This document shows, piece after piece, positions 8,199 to 17,363 of a stretch of DNA of 58,930 nucleotides. The notes beneath the pieces were generated by a model. It did no database searches and was not told where the DNA came from. It saw nothing but the letters and a program-made list of their open reading frames with translations. The stretch covers positions 1 to 58,930 of the forward strand of contig JBFFZF010000003.1 of NCBI GenBank assembly GCA_041568755.1. The letters are read 5' to 3'. The stretch comes from Longimicrobiales bacterium (lineage in GTDB: Bacteria; Gemmatimonadota; Gemmatimonadetes; Longimicrobiales; RSA9). Both the position numbers and the translations under genes were made by a program. Position 1 is the first letter of the stretch, and each line of letters starts with the position of its first letter.

Positions 8199-10163
8199 TC
8201 AGTCCATGCCCACGGCCTGCATCATGGCCGGGCTCAGGACGCGTTTCGCACCGGCGTAGTCCTTCCACGGGTCCTCCGGCAGGGCCGCCAGTCGCTCCGG
8301 CATGTTGCGCAGGTGGAACGCGTCGGGGCGGACCCCACCCGTGAGTTCCTCCCATGTGATCGGAGCGGAGACCGTGGCACCCGGCCGGGCGCGCGTCGAG
8401 TAGGCTTCGACCGCGGTAGCGCCTCTGCCGTTGCGCAGGTAGTCGATGAAGATGCGGCCCTTCCGGCGGTCCTTCGAAACACTCAGCGTGTAGCGCCGCG
8501 GCCACTCCCGATCCATCGCCGCTGCGATCGCGCGCGAGAACTCCTTCACGACGTCCCACGGTTCGCGGGGCACGATCGGGACGACGATGTGCAGGCCCTT
8601 GCCGCCGGTCGTCTTGACGAACGGCACGAGCCCGAGTTCGCGGAGAAGGCCGGCGAGGTCGAGGGCGGCCTCCACGACGCGGATCCAGGCGAGCTCCGGG
8701 TCAGGGTCCAGATCCATCGTGAAACGATCCGGCTGCTCGAGACGGTCTTCCCGCGACCCCCAGGTGTGGAACTCGAGGACGCCGAGCTGCGCCAGTGCGA
8801 CAAGACCGGGAGGCGAGTCGATGAGCGCGTAGTCGCCCTCGCTTTCGTCCTCGCTGATCCGGATCCTGCGCACCGCCGCGTGCAGCGATCCCTCGACATG
8901 CTTCTGATAGAAACAGTCGCCGATGCCCGTCGGACAGCGCACGAGCGTGAGCGGCCGTCCGGCGGCCAGCGGGACCATCCGGTCGGCCACCATCGCGTAG
9001 TACGAGGCGACCTCGAGTTTGGTGATACCGCTCTCCGGATAGAGGATCTTGCCGGGGTTGGATATGGTGACGTCGCCGACGCGCGGACCGCGCGAACTTC
9101 TCGCCGGGGCAGGGCGTCGCGTGCGGGCGGGACGCCCGGTCTCCTGCGCGGACGGCGCGATCGGTACGGGGGCCGACTCACTGTCCTCCCGGCCTGCGGG
9201 CCGATCGAGGAGAACGCTGCGCGGTTCCCGATCCTCGCGGACCGACTTGAATGCCGGGTGACGGACCACGCCTTCATCGGTCCATTCGACGAACGCGACC
9301 TGCACCACGAGCTCCGGCCGCGTCCAGGTCATGCCGTGGGCCGCGCGCCCGGTCGGGCCGTCGGTGAACGGAGATGCCTCGGCGCGAAGCGCGTCGAGAC
9401 GTCGGTGAAGGCGGTGCAGCGTGCGGTCCGTGAAGCCGGTCCCCACGCGTCCGGCGAAGCGCAGCAGGCCGTCCGCGTCGTACCCGCCCAGGAGCAGGGC
9501 GCCGAAGCGGGGCCGCGATCCGCCCGGCTCCGTGAATCCGCCGACCACGAAGTCGCGCACCTCCAGACATTTTACCTTCTGCCAGTCGCGGGACCGTCCC
9601 GACCGGTAGGGTGCGTCCCTGCGCTTCGAGATGATGCCTTCCAGCCCGTAGCGGCAGGCCTGCGCGTGAAACGCCCGCCCGTTGCCGACCACGTGGTCGC
9701 TGAACCGGAGCACGCTGCCTTCGGGCAGCGCCGCGAGGAGCAGGCGGAGGCGTTCCTTGCGCTCGATGAGCGGCCGTCCGGTCCAGTCCTCACCGTCGAG
9801 GTGCAGGAGATCGAACGCGAAGTAGCGCAGCGGGCCCCGCGCATGGCCGGCCAGGTGATTCTGCAGATCCTGGAAGCTCGTCCTGCCGTCGGGCCGCACG
9901 ATCGCAGCCTCGCCGTCGAGCGCGCAGCTGTGGGCGGGAAGGGCTTCGATCGCTTCGACGATCTCGGGGAACCGGGTCGTCCAGTCCTTGCCGCTCCGGG
10001 TGAGTACACGCACCGACCCGGTGCCGGCCCGATCACAAAGGAGGCGGTAGCCGTCGTACTTGATCTCGTGAATCCAGCCCTCGCCACGCGGCGCGGAGGA
10101 GACGAGCGTGGCCAGCTGCGGCTCGAACCCGGCCGGTAGCTCGCCGGACCCGTCCCGACCCAT
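8199..10163 (-). CDS. ligD: DNA ligase D (ATP-dependent ligase + primase-like polymerase domains)
   Basis: Adenylation motif 'HEIKYDGYR', 'LDGE', 'YFAFDLL', 'EGIISKR'. Polymerase domain 'DLDP', 'KTTGGKGLH', 'IFIDYLRN'. Adjacent to ku. Confidence 0.95.
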   Translation of the reverse strand: MGRDGSGELPAGFEPQLATLVSSAPRGEGWIHEIKYDGYRLLCDRAGTGSVRVLTRSGKDWTTRFPEIVEAIEALPAHSCALDGEAAIVRPDGRTSFQDLQNHLAGHARGPLRYFAFDLLHLDGEDWTGRPLIERKERLRLLLAALPEGSVLRFSDHVVGNGRAFHAQACRYGLEGIISKRRDAPYRSGRSRDWQKVKCLEVRDFVVGGFTEPGGSRPRFGALLLGGYDADGLLRFAGRVGTGFTDRTLHRLHRRLDALRAEASPFTDGPTGRAAHGMTWTRPELVVQVAFVEWTDEGVVRHPAFKSVREDREPRSVLLDRPAGREDSESAPVPIAPSAQETGRPARTRRPAPARSSRGPRVGDVTISNPGKILYPESGITKLEVASYYAMVADRMVPLAAGRPLTLVRCPTGIGDCFYQKHVEGSLHAAVRRIRISEDESEGDYALIDSPPGLVALAQLGVLEFHTWGSREDRLEQPDRFTMDLDPDPELAWIRVVEAALDLAGLLRELGLVPFVKTTGGKGLHIVVPIVPREPWDVVKEFSRAIAAAMDREWPRRYTLSVSKDRRKGRIFIDYLRNGRGATAVEAYSTRARPGATVSAPITWEELTGGVRPDAFHLRNMPERLAALPEDPWKDYAGAKRVLSPAMMQAVGMD

Positions 10164-10175
10164 GCGTCGACGTCG

Positions 10176-11084
10176 CTAGGCCGTCTTGCGGCTCTTGCGG
10201 CCGCCCGCCTTCCGCTTCGAGCCGGTCGCCTCCGCCGCTTCCTCGGCATCGGCTTCGTGCGACTCGCCCTCGCCCCGGGCCCGCGTTTGACCGACCTGCT
10301 CGACGCTGCGCTTGAGCAGACCCATGATGTCGATGACCTCGGCGCCGGCTTCCTCTTCGACCGGCTCCAGCGGTACCGACTCCGTCTCGCCCGCCTCGAT
10401 CTTCGCCTTGATGCGGGCGAGCAGGTCGTCGCGATACCGGTCCCGGTACTTCTCCGGTGTCCAGTTCTCGACCATCTGCTCGACCAGCATCTCGGCCATG
10501 CGCAGCTCCTTCTCGGTCACGCCCAGGGCGTCCAGATCATCGCCGGGCACCTCGAGATCCTCGGCCGAGCGGATTTCGTACGGGTAGCGAAGGACCTCGA
10601 GCAGAAGCATGTCGCCGCGCGCGATGACGGCGGCGAGATATTCGCGCGTACGGATGACCACGCGTGCGATGCCGATCTTGCCCGTCCGGCGGAGCGTCTC
10701 CCGCAGCAGCGCATATCCCTTGCTGTTGGCCGTGGTGGGCGCCAGGTAGTACGGCTTGTCGAAGTACACGGGCTCGATCTCGGACGCGTCGACGAAATCG
10801 AGGATCTCGACCGTCCGCGTGGCCTTCACGTTGGCGCGCTGGAAATCGTCGTCGTCCAGGATCACGTACTGACCCGGATCGTACTCGTAGCCCCGGGCGA
10901 TCTCTTCCCACGGGACTTCTTCGCCAGTGTTCTTGTTGTAGCGGCGGTAACCGATCGGGCTCATGGTCCGCTTGTCCAGCTGCGTGAACGAGATCCCATC
11001 GTCCCGTGATTCGGCAGGAAAGAGGCCGACGGGGATGTTCACCAGCCCGAAACTGATGCTGCCTTTCCAGAGCGCCCTTGCCAT
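10176..11084 (-). CDS. ku: Non-homologous end joining protein Ku
   Basis: 'MARALWKGSISFGLVNIPV', 'YFDKPYYL', 'KYRDRYRDDL', basic C-terminal tail. GGAGG SD before ATG 11084. Confidence 0.95.
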   Translation of the reverse strand: MARALWKGSISFGLVNIPVGLFPAESRDDGISFTQLDKRTMSPIGYRRYNKNTGEEVPWEEIARGYEYDPGQYVILDDDDFQRANVKATRTVEILDFVDASEIEPVYFDKPYYLAPTTANSKGYALLRETLRRTGKIGIARVVIRTREYLAAVIARGDMLLLEVLRYPYEIRSAEDLEVPGDDLDALGVTEKELRMAEMLVEQMVENWTPEKYRDRYRDDLLARIKAKIEAGETESVPLEPVEEEAGAEVIDIMGLLKRSVEQVGQTRARGEGESHEADAEEAAEATGSKRKAGGRKSRKTA

Positions 11085-11463
11085 GGTCGTTTCCTCCGCG
11101 GACTGCCGACGTGCCGGGCCCGAGGTCGAGCGGGTCCATCCGCAACCTAACCCACTTTCATCCCGGCCGGCCACCCGCGACCCGGCGGGGGCGGGATCGT
11201 CCGGCGGCGGCCCGCCAGGCCGCGTCGCGTCAGCCGGCTTGGCGCCCCCGCCGGAGGTGCCTCCCGCGGGCACGAAATCGCTTCGCGATCGCGGAAAAAA
11301 CACTACAGCCGGTCCGTTTTCCTACGGACAGTTGCGCGCGCAGGAGGCCCGATACTTGGGGCCAGTTTTCGAGTCCGCGTCGGCACGCCCGGACTGACCG
11401 GTGCGGCGGCGCACACCCCGAGGGGTGCGGATTCACACGGGGGACCGTGAAAGAAGGCTGAAC

Positions 11464-13020
11464 ATGCGCGTCGCAACGCAGGTGGGGTGGCTGTCGAAGG
11501 CCGGGTTCCTGCTGTTGGCGCTGTTGATGGCAGGATCCTGCACAACCGAGAAGATCGTCACCGTGGAGAGGGAGCCGTTCAACCCGCCGCCGGACGCTGC
11601 GAGCGGGCTGCTCGGCTACTTCCAGGTCACTTCCAAGCAGACCACGTGCGGCAACTGTCACGCCGGCCACCAGGGCACCTGGGTCGCGTCACGGCACGCG
11701 CGGGCCTACTCGACCCTGGCGGGACAGAACGCCACCGGCAACCAGACCTGCGTGGGCTGCCACACCGTCAACGCGAACGGCAACGACCTCACCGGGTCGG
11801 CCGGGTTCATGGTCAAGGCGGACAGCGCCTACCGTGACGTGCAATGCGAAAGCTGTCACGGGCCGGGGCTGACCCACGTCACCGGAGTCCTCTCGGGTCA
11901 GGTCTCCAGGCCGCTCGCCAAAATGAGCATGACCGGGGACGGGAACTGCGGCGAATGCCATTCCGGCGCCCACCATCCGTTCGCCGACGAGTGGAGGAAT
12001 TCCGGGCACGCCAATGTCCGGACGAGCCCCGCGTCCAACACGGCGTCCGGTTGCGCGAACTGTCACGACGGACGCCAGGCGCTCGTGGCGTGGGGCAAAC
12101 AGACCAACTTCAAGGAGAAGGCGCAGTCGGACGCCTACCAGCCGACGACCTGCGTGGTCTGCCACGATCCGCACGGGTCGAACAACCCGTCCAGCCTGCG
12201 CTGGCCCATCACGACGCCGGACCCGGACCGGAACCTCTGCATGAAGTGCCACAACCGGCGCAACGAGCCCACGTCGACGCAGAGTTCACCCCATGCGCCG
12301 CAGGGATCGGTGCTGCTGGGCACGGCCGGGTACAAGCCCGTCGGCTTCACGTATGCCGAGAACCGCATCCTGGGTTCGCACTCGTCGGAGGCCAACCCCA
12401 AGCTCTGCGCCGGCTGCCACGTGACCCGGCTGGAGGTGCGCGACAAGATCTCCAACCAGTTCCTGTTCCAGGCCACAGGTCACCTGATGCGGCCGATCCC
12501 GTGCCTGGATGCCAACGGGCAGCCGACCGCCGACAAGAACTGCGCCTACAACTCCACGGCCCGGTCCTGGAAGTCCTGCACGGCCGCCGGCTGCCACGGA
12601 AGCGCCGCCGTCGCGGCGTCCGTGTTCAATACCGTCCGGCTGCGCATGAAGACCCTGGTTGACGTGCTCTGGATCGACAGCAACGGGAACGGGTCGATGC
12701 AGGCGGCTCCGACGGACGCCGGCTACCTGCCGACGGTGCGCCAGATGCGGCCCACCGAGTGGTCGTCCACCGACAACCGGATCTCGCCGGCCGAGGGCGC
12801 CGAGTTCAATGCCCGCATGTGCGGCGAGTACGGGCAGTCCACGGCAGACAACTCCAAGGGCATCCACAACCCGTTCCTGTGCGAGGCGCTCCTCATTGCG
12901 ACCATCGCCGAGGTCCGGGCCACCTACGGCCTGGCGGCACCTCCGCAGGCCGTCCTGGACATCATGAACGGTCCGGTGGGCGGGCCGTTCGCGAGCAGCA
13001 TGCGCGTGACGAACGAATAG
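11464..13020 (+). CDS. Lipoprotein multiheme cytochrome c (8 CxxCH + 1 CX4CH)
   Basis: Lipobox-like 'LLLALLMAGSC'. Heme motifs CGNCH, CVGCH, CESCH, CGECH, CANCH, CVVCH, CMKCH, CAGCH and CTAAGCH. C-terminal 'DNSKGIHNP'. Confidence 0.9.
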   Translation: MRVATQVGWLSKAGFLLLALLMAGSCTTEKIVTVEREPFNPPPDAASGLLGYFQVTSKQTTCGNCHAGHQGTWVASRHARAYSTLAGQNATGNQTCVGCHTVNANGNDLTGSAGFMVKADSAYRDVQCESCHGPGLTHVTGVLSGQVSRPLAKMSMTGDGNCGECHSGAHHPFADEWRNSGHANVRTSPASNTASGCANCHDGRQALVAWGKQTNFKEKAQSDAYQPTTCVVCHDPHGSNNPSSLRWPITTPDPDRNLCMKCHNRRNEPTSTQSSPHAPQGSVLLGTAGYKPVGFTYAENRILGSHSSEANPKLCAGCHVTRLEVRDKISNQFLFQATGHLMRPIPCLDANGQPTADKNCAYNSTARSWKSCTAAGCHGSAAVAASVFNTVRLRMKTLVDVLWIDSNGNGSMQAAPTDAGYLPTVRQMRPTEWSSTDNRISPAEGAEFNARMCGEYGQSTADNSKGIHNPFLCEALLIATIAEVRATYGLAAPPQAVLDIMNGPVGGPFASSMRVTNE

Positions 13021-13043
13021 ACGGGGAGGGAGCTCGCGCGTGC

Positions 13044-13082
13044 AGACAAGGCCGCCGGCGTTTTCGCGCCGGCGGCCTGTCT
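13044..13082 (+). terminator. Strong GC hairpin after the cytochrome gene, probable intrinsic terminator
   Basis: 12-bp perfect stem AGGCCGCCGGCG-ttttcg-CGCCGGCGGCCT, extendable by AGAC/GTCT. U-tract is weak. Confidence 0.6.
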
Positions 13083-13105
13083 TCACACCCGACCCGCGGC
13101 TCCGA

Positions 13106-13135
13106 CGGACGTGTCTCGCCCGGACGTGTCTCGCC
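13106..13135. repeat. 15-bp direct tandem repeat (2 copies)
   Basis: CGGACGTGTCTCGCC x2. Confidence 0.8.
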
Positions 13136-13434
13136 CTCCCACCCGATCCACCCCATCCGAATGGTCCCGCTGAGGGGTCGCCCCAGATCACCAGACCACC
13201 CGGCACCAACGTCCCAGGACGCCGGCGGCAAGTCCGGTGAGGCCCCGGGGAGGGCCGATGCCGCCCGTGATTGCCCCGATGCGTTTCGACTACGGGAAAT
13301 CCCGTGACTCCTGTCTCGCCACTTCATGTGGAATCTGACACAGCCAATTCTAAGCAATTGCATGTACTGGAGATACATTAATCCCGGCCGCCGGGCGCTG
13401 GCCGTCTGTCGGCCCTGTCTCCGCATCGGGGCGA

Positions 13435-13462
13435 TGTTCGCATAATAAGCATTATGTAAACT
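13435..13462 (+). other. dif: dif site (XerC/XerD chromosome dimer resolution site)
   Basis: TGTTCGCATAA-TAAGCA-TTATGTAAACT, compared with E. coli GGTGCGCATAA-TGTATA-TTATGTTAAAT. 11-6-11 structure in an AT-rich spacer between convergent genes. Confidence 0.88.
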
Positions 13463-13535
13463 TAATACCTGGAATCAATGCGATCGGGCTGAATCCGTGA
13501 TCGATCGGCCGGATCCCCTGCTGTCGGGGTTCGCG

Positions 13536-14894
13536 TCAGGGATTCTCGGTGGGTCGATCGGCCGGGGTCGGCGCGTCGAGTCCGGATGCGAGGACCGCCA
13601 TGATCTGCGTGGCGACATCGTGACGGATCCGTTCGCGGTCGGCGCGCCGGTCGAGCGCCGGGAATTGCATGGGCTCGTGGAATGTCACGCGGACGGGCCC
13701 GGGCCGGATCCCGGAAGCCCAGCGCGGCGAGGCGTCATAGGCGCCGGAGATGGTGCATGGCACGACGGGCACGCCGGCCTTGAGGACGAGCCGGACGGTG
13801 CCGGGTTTGGGGTCCTGGAGGGTGCCGTCCCAGCTGCGCTCGCCTTCGATGAATATGCCCACGGCGCAGCCCTGCCGCAGTCTGCGCAGGGCCACGCGAA
13901 CCGCCTGTGGGTCTGCCTGGTACCGGCGGACCGGGAAGGCATTGATACGCGGGAGGAGCCAGCGCAGGACGGCGGGCCGGAAAAGGGTGCTTTTGGCGAC
14001 CGTGTGGACCGGGCGGCGGATCACCGCCTGAATGATGAGGGGGTCCAGGTCGCTCTGGTGGTTGCAGACCAGCAGGAACGGTCCCGTGGCCGGGAGGTGG
14101 TCTTCCCCGCGGACGTCGAGCGTACCCAGGGCACGCCAGCCGATCCGCACGATCGCCTGGCAGGTCCGATAGAGCCGGCTGGCCCGGACGCAATCCACGG
14201 ACGTCGGGCCGGCCGCGTCCCGGGCGGGCCGGGGGGACCATCCGCCCACGTCGTGCCCCTCCTGAGCGGCCCGTCCCCGGTCTGGTCGGGCCGCTCGGAC
14301 CGCCGTGCCGACACGAATGACGGGCTGCCATTCCGAGACCTCTCCCCTGCCCAGAGCACGCATGCGGCTGGCCGTTCGGCATTGCAGGAGACGCTCCCAG
14401 AGGAGGACCGACGCCTCTTCGAAGCGTGCGGACAGGACAGGCGCGCCTTTTCTCTTGATCTGCAGCGTGGTGGACGAGGCCTGGATGGCGGTCAGGCTCT
14501 CGAGCGGGGTCACGATGGTTTCCCCCGCGTCCGGCAGGAACCGCAGCGCCAGCTCGTCCAGTTCGAACGTCCCGGGGCGGCGCGGTCCGAATCGCTCCGC
14601 GTAGCCCAGCAGCTCGCCGCCGTGATGTACGGGCGTCAACCCGGTGGCTTCGCGCAGCACGACACGAGCCGGGGATGGCGGGGTTCGGGTCTCGACCGCC
14701 GGCACGCGTCGGAGCCAGTCGCTGACCGGCAGCGTCTCCGCGGGCCCGCCGTCGCGAACGCCAATGATCGAGGCCCCGGGTCCTCTCCTGAAACGGGCGC
14801 CGCACGCCTCGCAGCCCGCGCTCCGCCCCCGCGGCCGGACGCGGCCGGCTTCTCCACAGAGCGGACATGCCCAGAAGAGATCGTGGATCGCCAC
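13536..14894 (-). CDS. PlsC-family acyltransferase with an N-terminal CxxC-CxxC (Zn-ribbon) domain
   Basis: C-terminal acyltransferase motifs 'NHQSDLD', 'AKSTLF', 'FPVRR', 'IFIEGERS', 'PVVP'. N-terminal 'CPLC...CEAC'. Confidence 0.8.
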   Translation of the reverse strand: MAIHDLFWACPLCGEAGRVRPRGRSAGCEACGARFRRGPGASIIGVRDGGPAETLPVSDWLRRVPAVETRTPPSPARVVLREATGLTPVHHGGELLGYAERFGPRRPGTFELDELALRFLPDAGETIVTPLESLTAIQASSTTLQIKRKGAPVLSARFEEASVLLWERLLQCRTASRMRALGRGEVSEWQPVIRVGTAVRAARPDRGRAAQEGHDVGGWSPRPARDAAGPTSVDCVRASRLYRTCQAIVRIGWRALGTLDVRGEDHLPATGPFLLVCNHQSDLDPLIIQAVIRRPVHTVAKSTLFRPAVLRWLLPRINAFPVRRYQADPQAVRVALRRLRQGCAVGIFIEGERSWDGTLQDPKPGTVRLVLKAGVPVVPCTISGAYDASPRWASGIRPGPVRVTFHEPMQFPALDRRADRERIRHDVATQIMAVLASGLDAPTPADRPTENP

Positions 14895-14923
14895 GCGTCA
14901 GAATGGCCTCTGGAAGGACCGGT

Positions 14924-15658
14924 TCACAATCGGCCGAACATGCTCAGCAGACGGAGCTTCCAGACGCGCCAGACGGCCTCCAGGATGATCCGCCTCGACA
15001 TCTTGGATTCGCCGGACGTGCGGTCCACGAACACGATGGGGATTTCGCCGATGCGGAATCCCTTCTTCCAGGCGCGCAGGGTCATTTCGATCTGGAAGGC
15101 GTAGCCCTCGCTCCCGACGCGGTCGAGCCGGATCGCCTCCAGGACCTGACGGCGGAAGGCCTTGTAGCCGCCGGTCGCGTCGGCCACGGGCAGTCCCGTG
15201 ACTACGCGCGCGTACGCGTTGGCGAAATAGGAGAGCAGGAGCCGAGCGATCGGCCAGTTCACCACGGTCACGCGTCCCTCGAGGTACCTCGACCCCAGCA
15301 CCAAATCGAAGTCCCGAAGTGCCGCGATGAACTGCGGCAGGTGGGCCGGGTCATGGGACAGGTCAGCGTCCATCTCGAACAGCCAGTCGTAGCCGCGCTC
15401 GAGCCCCCACTGGAAGCCGGCCAGGTAGGCCGTCCCGAGGCCCAGCTTCCCGTGCCGGTGCACCACGTGGACGCGTGGATTCCCGGCAGCCATTTCGTCC
15501 GCCATCGCACCGGTTCCATCCGGCGAGGCGTCATCGATCACGAGGACGTCGAGACGATCGTCCTGCTGGAGGATCGACGGGATGAGACGACCGAGGTTCT
15601 CGCTCTCGTTGTACGTGGGTGTGATGACGAGCCCCCGCCCTGCCCCTCCGGCCGTCAT
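14924..15658 (-). CDS. Polyprenol-phosphate glycosyltransferase (Dpm1/Ppm1-like, GT2)
   Basis: 'PTYNESEN', 'DDASPDGTG', 'KLGLGTAY', 'MDADLSHDP', 'GSRY', 'GYAFQIEM'. Confidence 0.9.
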   Translation of the reverse strand: MTAGGAGRGLVITPTYNESENLGRLIPSILQQDDRLDVLVIDDASPDGTGAMADEMAAGNPRVHVVHRHGKLGLGTAYLAGFQWGLERGYDWLFEMDADLSHDPAHLPQFIAALRDFDLVLGSRYLEGRVTVVNWPIARLLLSYFANAYARVVTGLPVADATGGYKAFRRQVLEAIRLDRVGSEGYAFQIEMTLRAWKKGFRIGEIPIVFVDRTSGESKMSRRIILEAVWRVWKLRLLSMFGRL

Positions 15659-16656
15659 CCGGGCGGACCTTCCGCGCCGGCGTCAGGCGGGGCACCGGTC
15701 TGCGGATCGGGCGTGCGGGGCAGCAGCGGCAGTGCGGCGAGCGGAGCCAGCTCCGCGGCGGTGAACCAGACCCGGGAGGCCAGCGCGATCCCCACCGCCG
15801 CTGCCGTCGAGACGCCCGGCATCCCGGCCAGGAGCCCGGCCATGGCCCCTTCCCTGACCCCGATCCCGGCAGGCGCGAACAGGACCAGATAGCCCGCCAG
15901 ATAGGAGGCGGCCACCGCACCCGCCGCCTGGCGGGCATGCACCCCGGCTTCCGGCACGAAGGCAGAGACGAAGATCGAGAAGGCCAGGCCCGTGACGACC
16001 CAGGTGGCCCCGTACCATACACCCCACAGGATCGTGTCCCAGCCGCGCAGCCGCTCCGCCAGATCGACGACGCCTGCGACCTTGTCGCCGAACTGCTCAC
16101 GTGCCCACGCGCGGGCGCTCCGCCCCCGTGGCGTCGCCACGAGCAGCCAGAACGAACCGGCGGCCACAACGAGCAACACGCCGGCGATACGCGCCGGAAT
16201 GCCGCCGCTCCATTCGGGCAGCAGGACCGCCAGGAACAGGAAGCCGGTGGCGAGGAATGCGAACTGTCCGAGCAGCGCCGCGGCAGCCGCCCCGGCCGCG
16301 GGCAACCCGGCCCGCCCCGCCAGGATGGCCAGCCCGGCGAGCTGCCAGACCTTGCCGGGGATGTACCGGCCGAGGCTGGCCAGGAAGTAGACCCGGAACG
16401 TGGTCGCCATGCGCAAGTGGGGGGAGGCGACACCCAGATCGGCCATGATCCGACGCCAGAGCAGCGCGTGGGCGACGTAAACCGCGACGAGCAGCACGAA
16501 GGAAAGCAGGAGCGGTGCGGGTGCGGGGCGGAGCCCGGTCAGGTCGCTCCAGCGGAAGGCCCCGCCCGCGGTGATCCCGCGCGCGACGCCCCACACGATC
16601 ACCACGACGAGGATCGCCTGTGCGGTACGAACGACCCAGCCCGGACTCCGTTTCAC
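15655..16656 (-). CDS. Lysylphosphatidylglycerol-synthase-TM (flippase-like) membrane protein
   Basis: Polytopic. 'LGRYIPGKVW' and 'APAGIGVREG' are typical of the LPG_synthase_TM/UPF0104 family. Confidence 0.8.
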   Translation of the reverse strand: MKRSPGWVVRTAQAILVVVIVWGVARGITAGGAFRWSDLTGLRPAPAPLLLSFVLLVAVYVAHALLWRRIMADLGVASPHLRMATTFRVYFLASLGRYIPGKVWQLAGLAILAGRAGLPAAGAAAAALLGQFAFLATGFLFLAVLLPEWSGGIPARIAGVLLVVAAGSFWLLVATPRGRSARAWAREQFGDKVAGVVDLAERLRGWDTILWGVWYGATWVVTGLAFSIFVSAFVPEAGVHARQAAGAVAASYLAGYLVLFAPAGIGVREGAMAGLLAGMPGVSTAAAVGIALASRVWFTAAELAPLAALPLLPRTPDPQTGAPPDAGAEGPPG

Positions 16657-17363
16657 GAGCCCTCCACGCGACCCACGAGACCAATGCGCCGGCGCAGCGC
16701 CGGCAGCCAGGGAGCGAAGGCGCGCTCCACGAGGCTCCAGCCGGGCAGGTGCGACGGCAGTGAACGGACGCTGACCACTTCGAACCCGGCCTCTTCCACG
16801 ACAGCCGCCAGCTCGCCCGCCGAGCGAAGACCGATATGCGACGGGTCCCCGTCGCGCAATATCCCGACGCGCCGGAGGACTTCGAACAGGTGTCCCCGGT
16901 CCGGCGTGTAGAGCACCAGAACGCCCTCCGTCTTCAGGACGCGCGCCGCCTCACCGAGCACGCGGCGCAGCGTTGCGTCATCGAGGTGCTCGACCAGGTC
17001 CGCCGCGAGCACGACGTCTGCACTGCGTGCAGCCAGCGGCAGATCGGCCGCGTCCGCACGAACGAAGAGCACGGACCGCGTCTGGCGGAGCGCTGCGACG
17101 CGACGGGCGGCCTCGAGCGCGGCGGGCGCCGGATCGACCCCCACGGCAACGGCGCCCAACCGCGCGGATTCCAGCGTGAACGTGCCCATCCCGCAGCCCA
17201 GGTCGACCACGGTCCGGCCACCGATGGGCGGAAGCAGTGACAGCACGTTGCGAATGCGGGTTCGTGCGAAGCGGGTCCGGCGCGTGTATCGCTCGGCCAG
17301 GTCGGCGTAATACGCCTCGTCGTAGTGGTGCGCGACGTCGTAGGCGGTGGGCCCGGAGGACAT
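16653..17363 (-). CDS. Class I SAM-dependent methyltransferase
   Basis: 'VVDLGCGMG', 'GVD', 'ADAADLP', 'DLVEHL'. ATG 17363 overlaps the upstream stop (TGATG). Confidence 0.85.
   Translation of the reverse strand: MSSGPTAYDVAHHYDEAYYADLAERYTRRTRFARTRIRNVLSLLPPIGGRTVVDLGCGMGTFTLESARLGAVAVGVDPAPAALEAARRVAALRQTRSVLFVRADAADLPLAARSADVVLAADLVEHLDDATLRRVLGEAARVLKTEGVLVLYTPDRGHLFEVLRRVGILRDGDPSHIGLRSAGELAAVVEEAGFEVVSVRSLPSHLPGWSLVERAFAPWLPALRRRIGLVGRVEGS

Noticed and set aside
11085-11463. Sigma-54, FNR or CRP site upstream of the cytochrome
   Set aside because: No convincing TGGCAC-N5-TTGC, TTGAT-N4-ATCAA or TGTGA-N6-TCACA match found by eye.
5551-13340. Shared short words (GTGGAATC; TGTCAGA/TCTGACA) in the two AT-rich spacers as element ends
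   Set aside because: Only 7-8 bp and in inconsistent arrangement, compatible with chance.
13021-13535. CRISPR array, tRNA or riboswitch in the 500-bp spacer
   Set aside because: Only one 15-bp duplication, a hairpin and dif. No repeat-spacer periodicity or cloverleaf seen.
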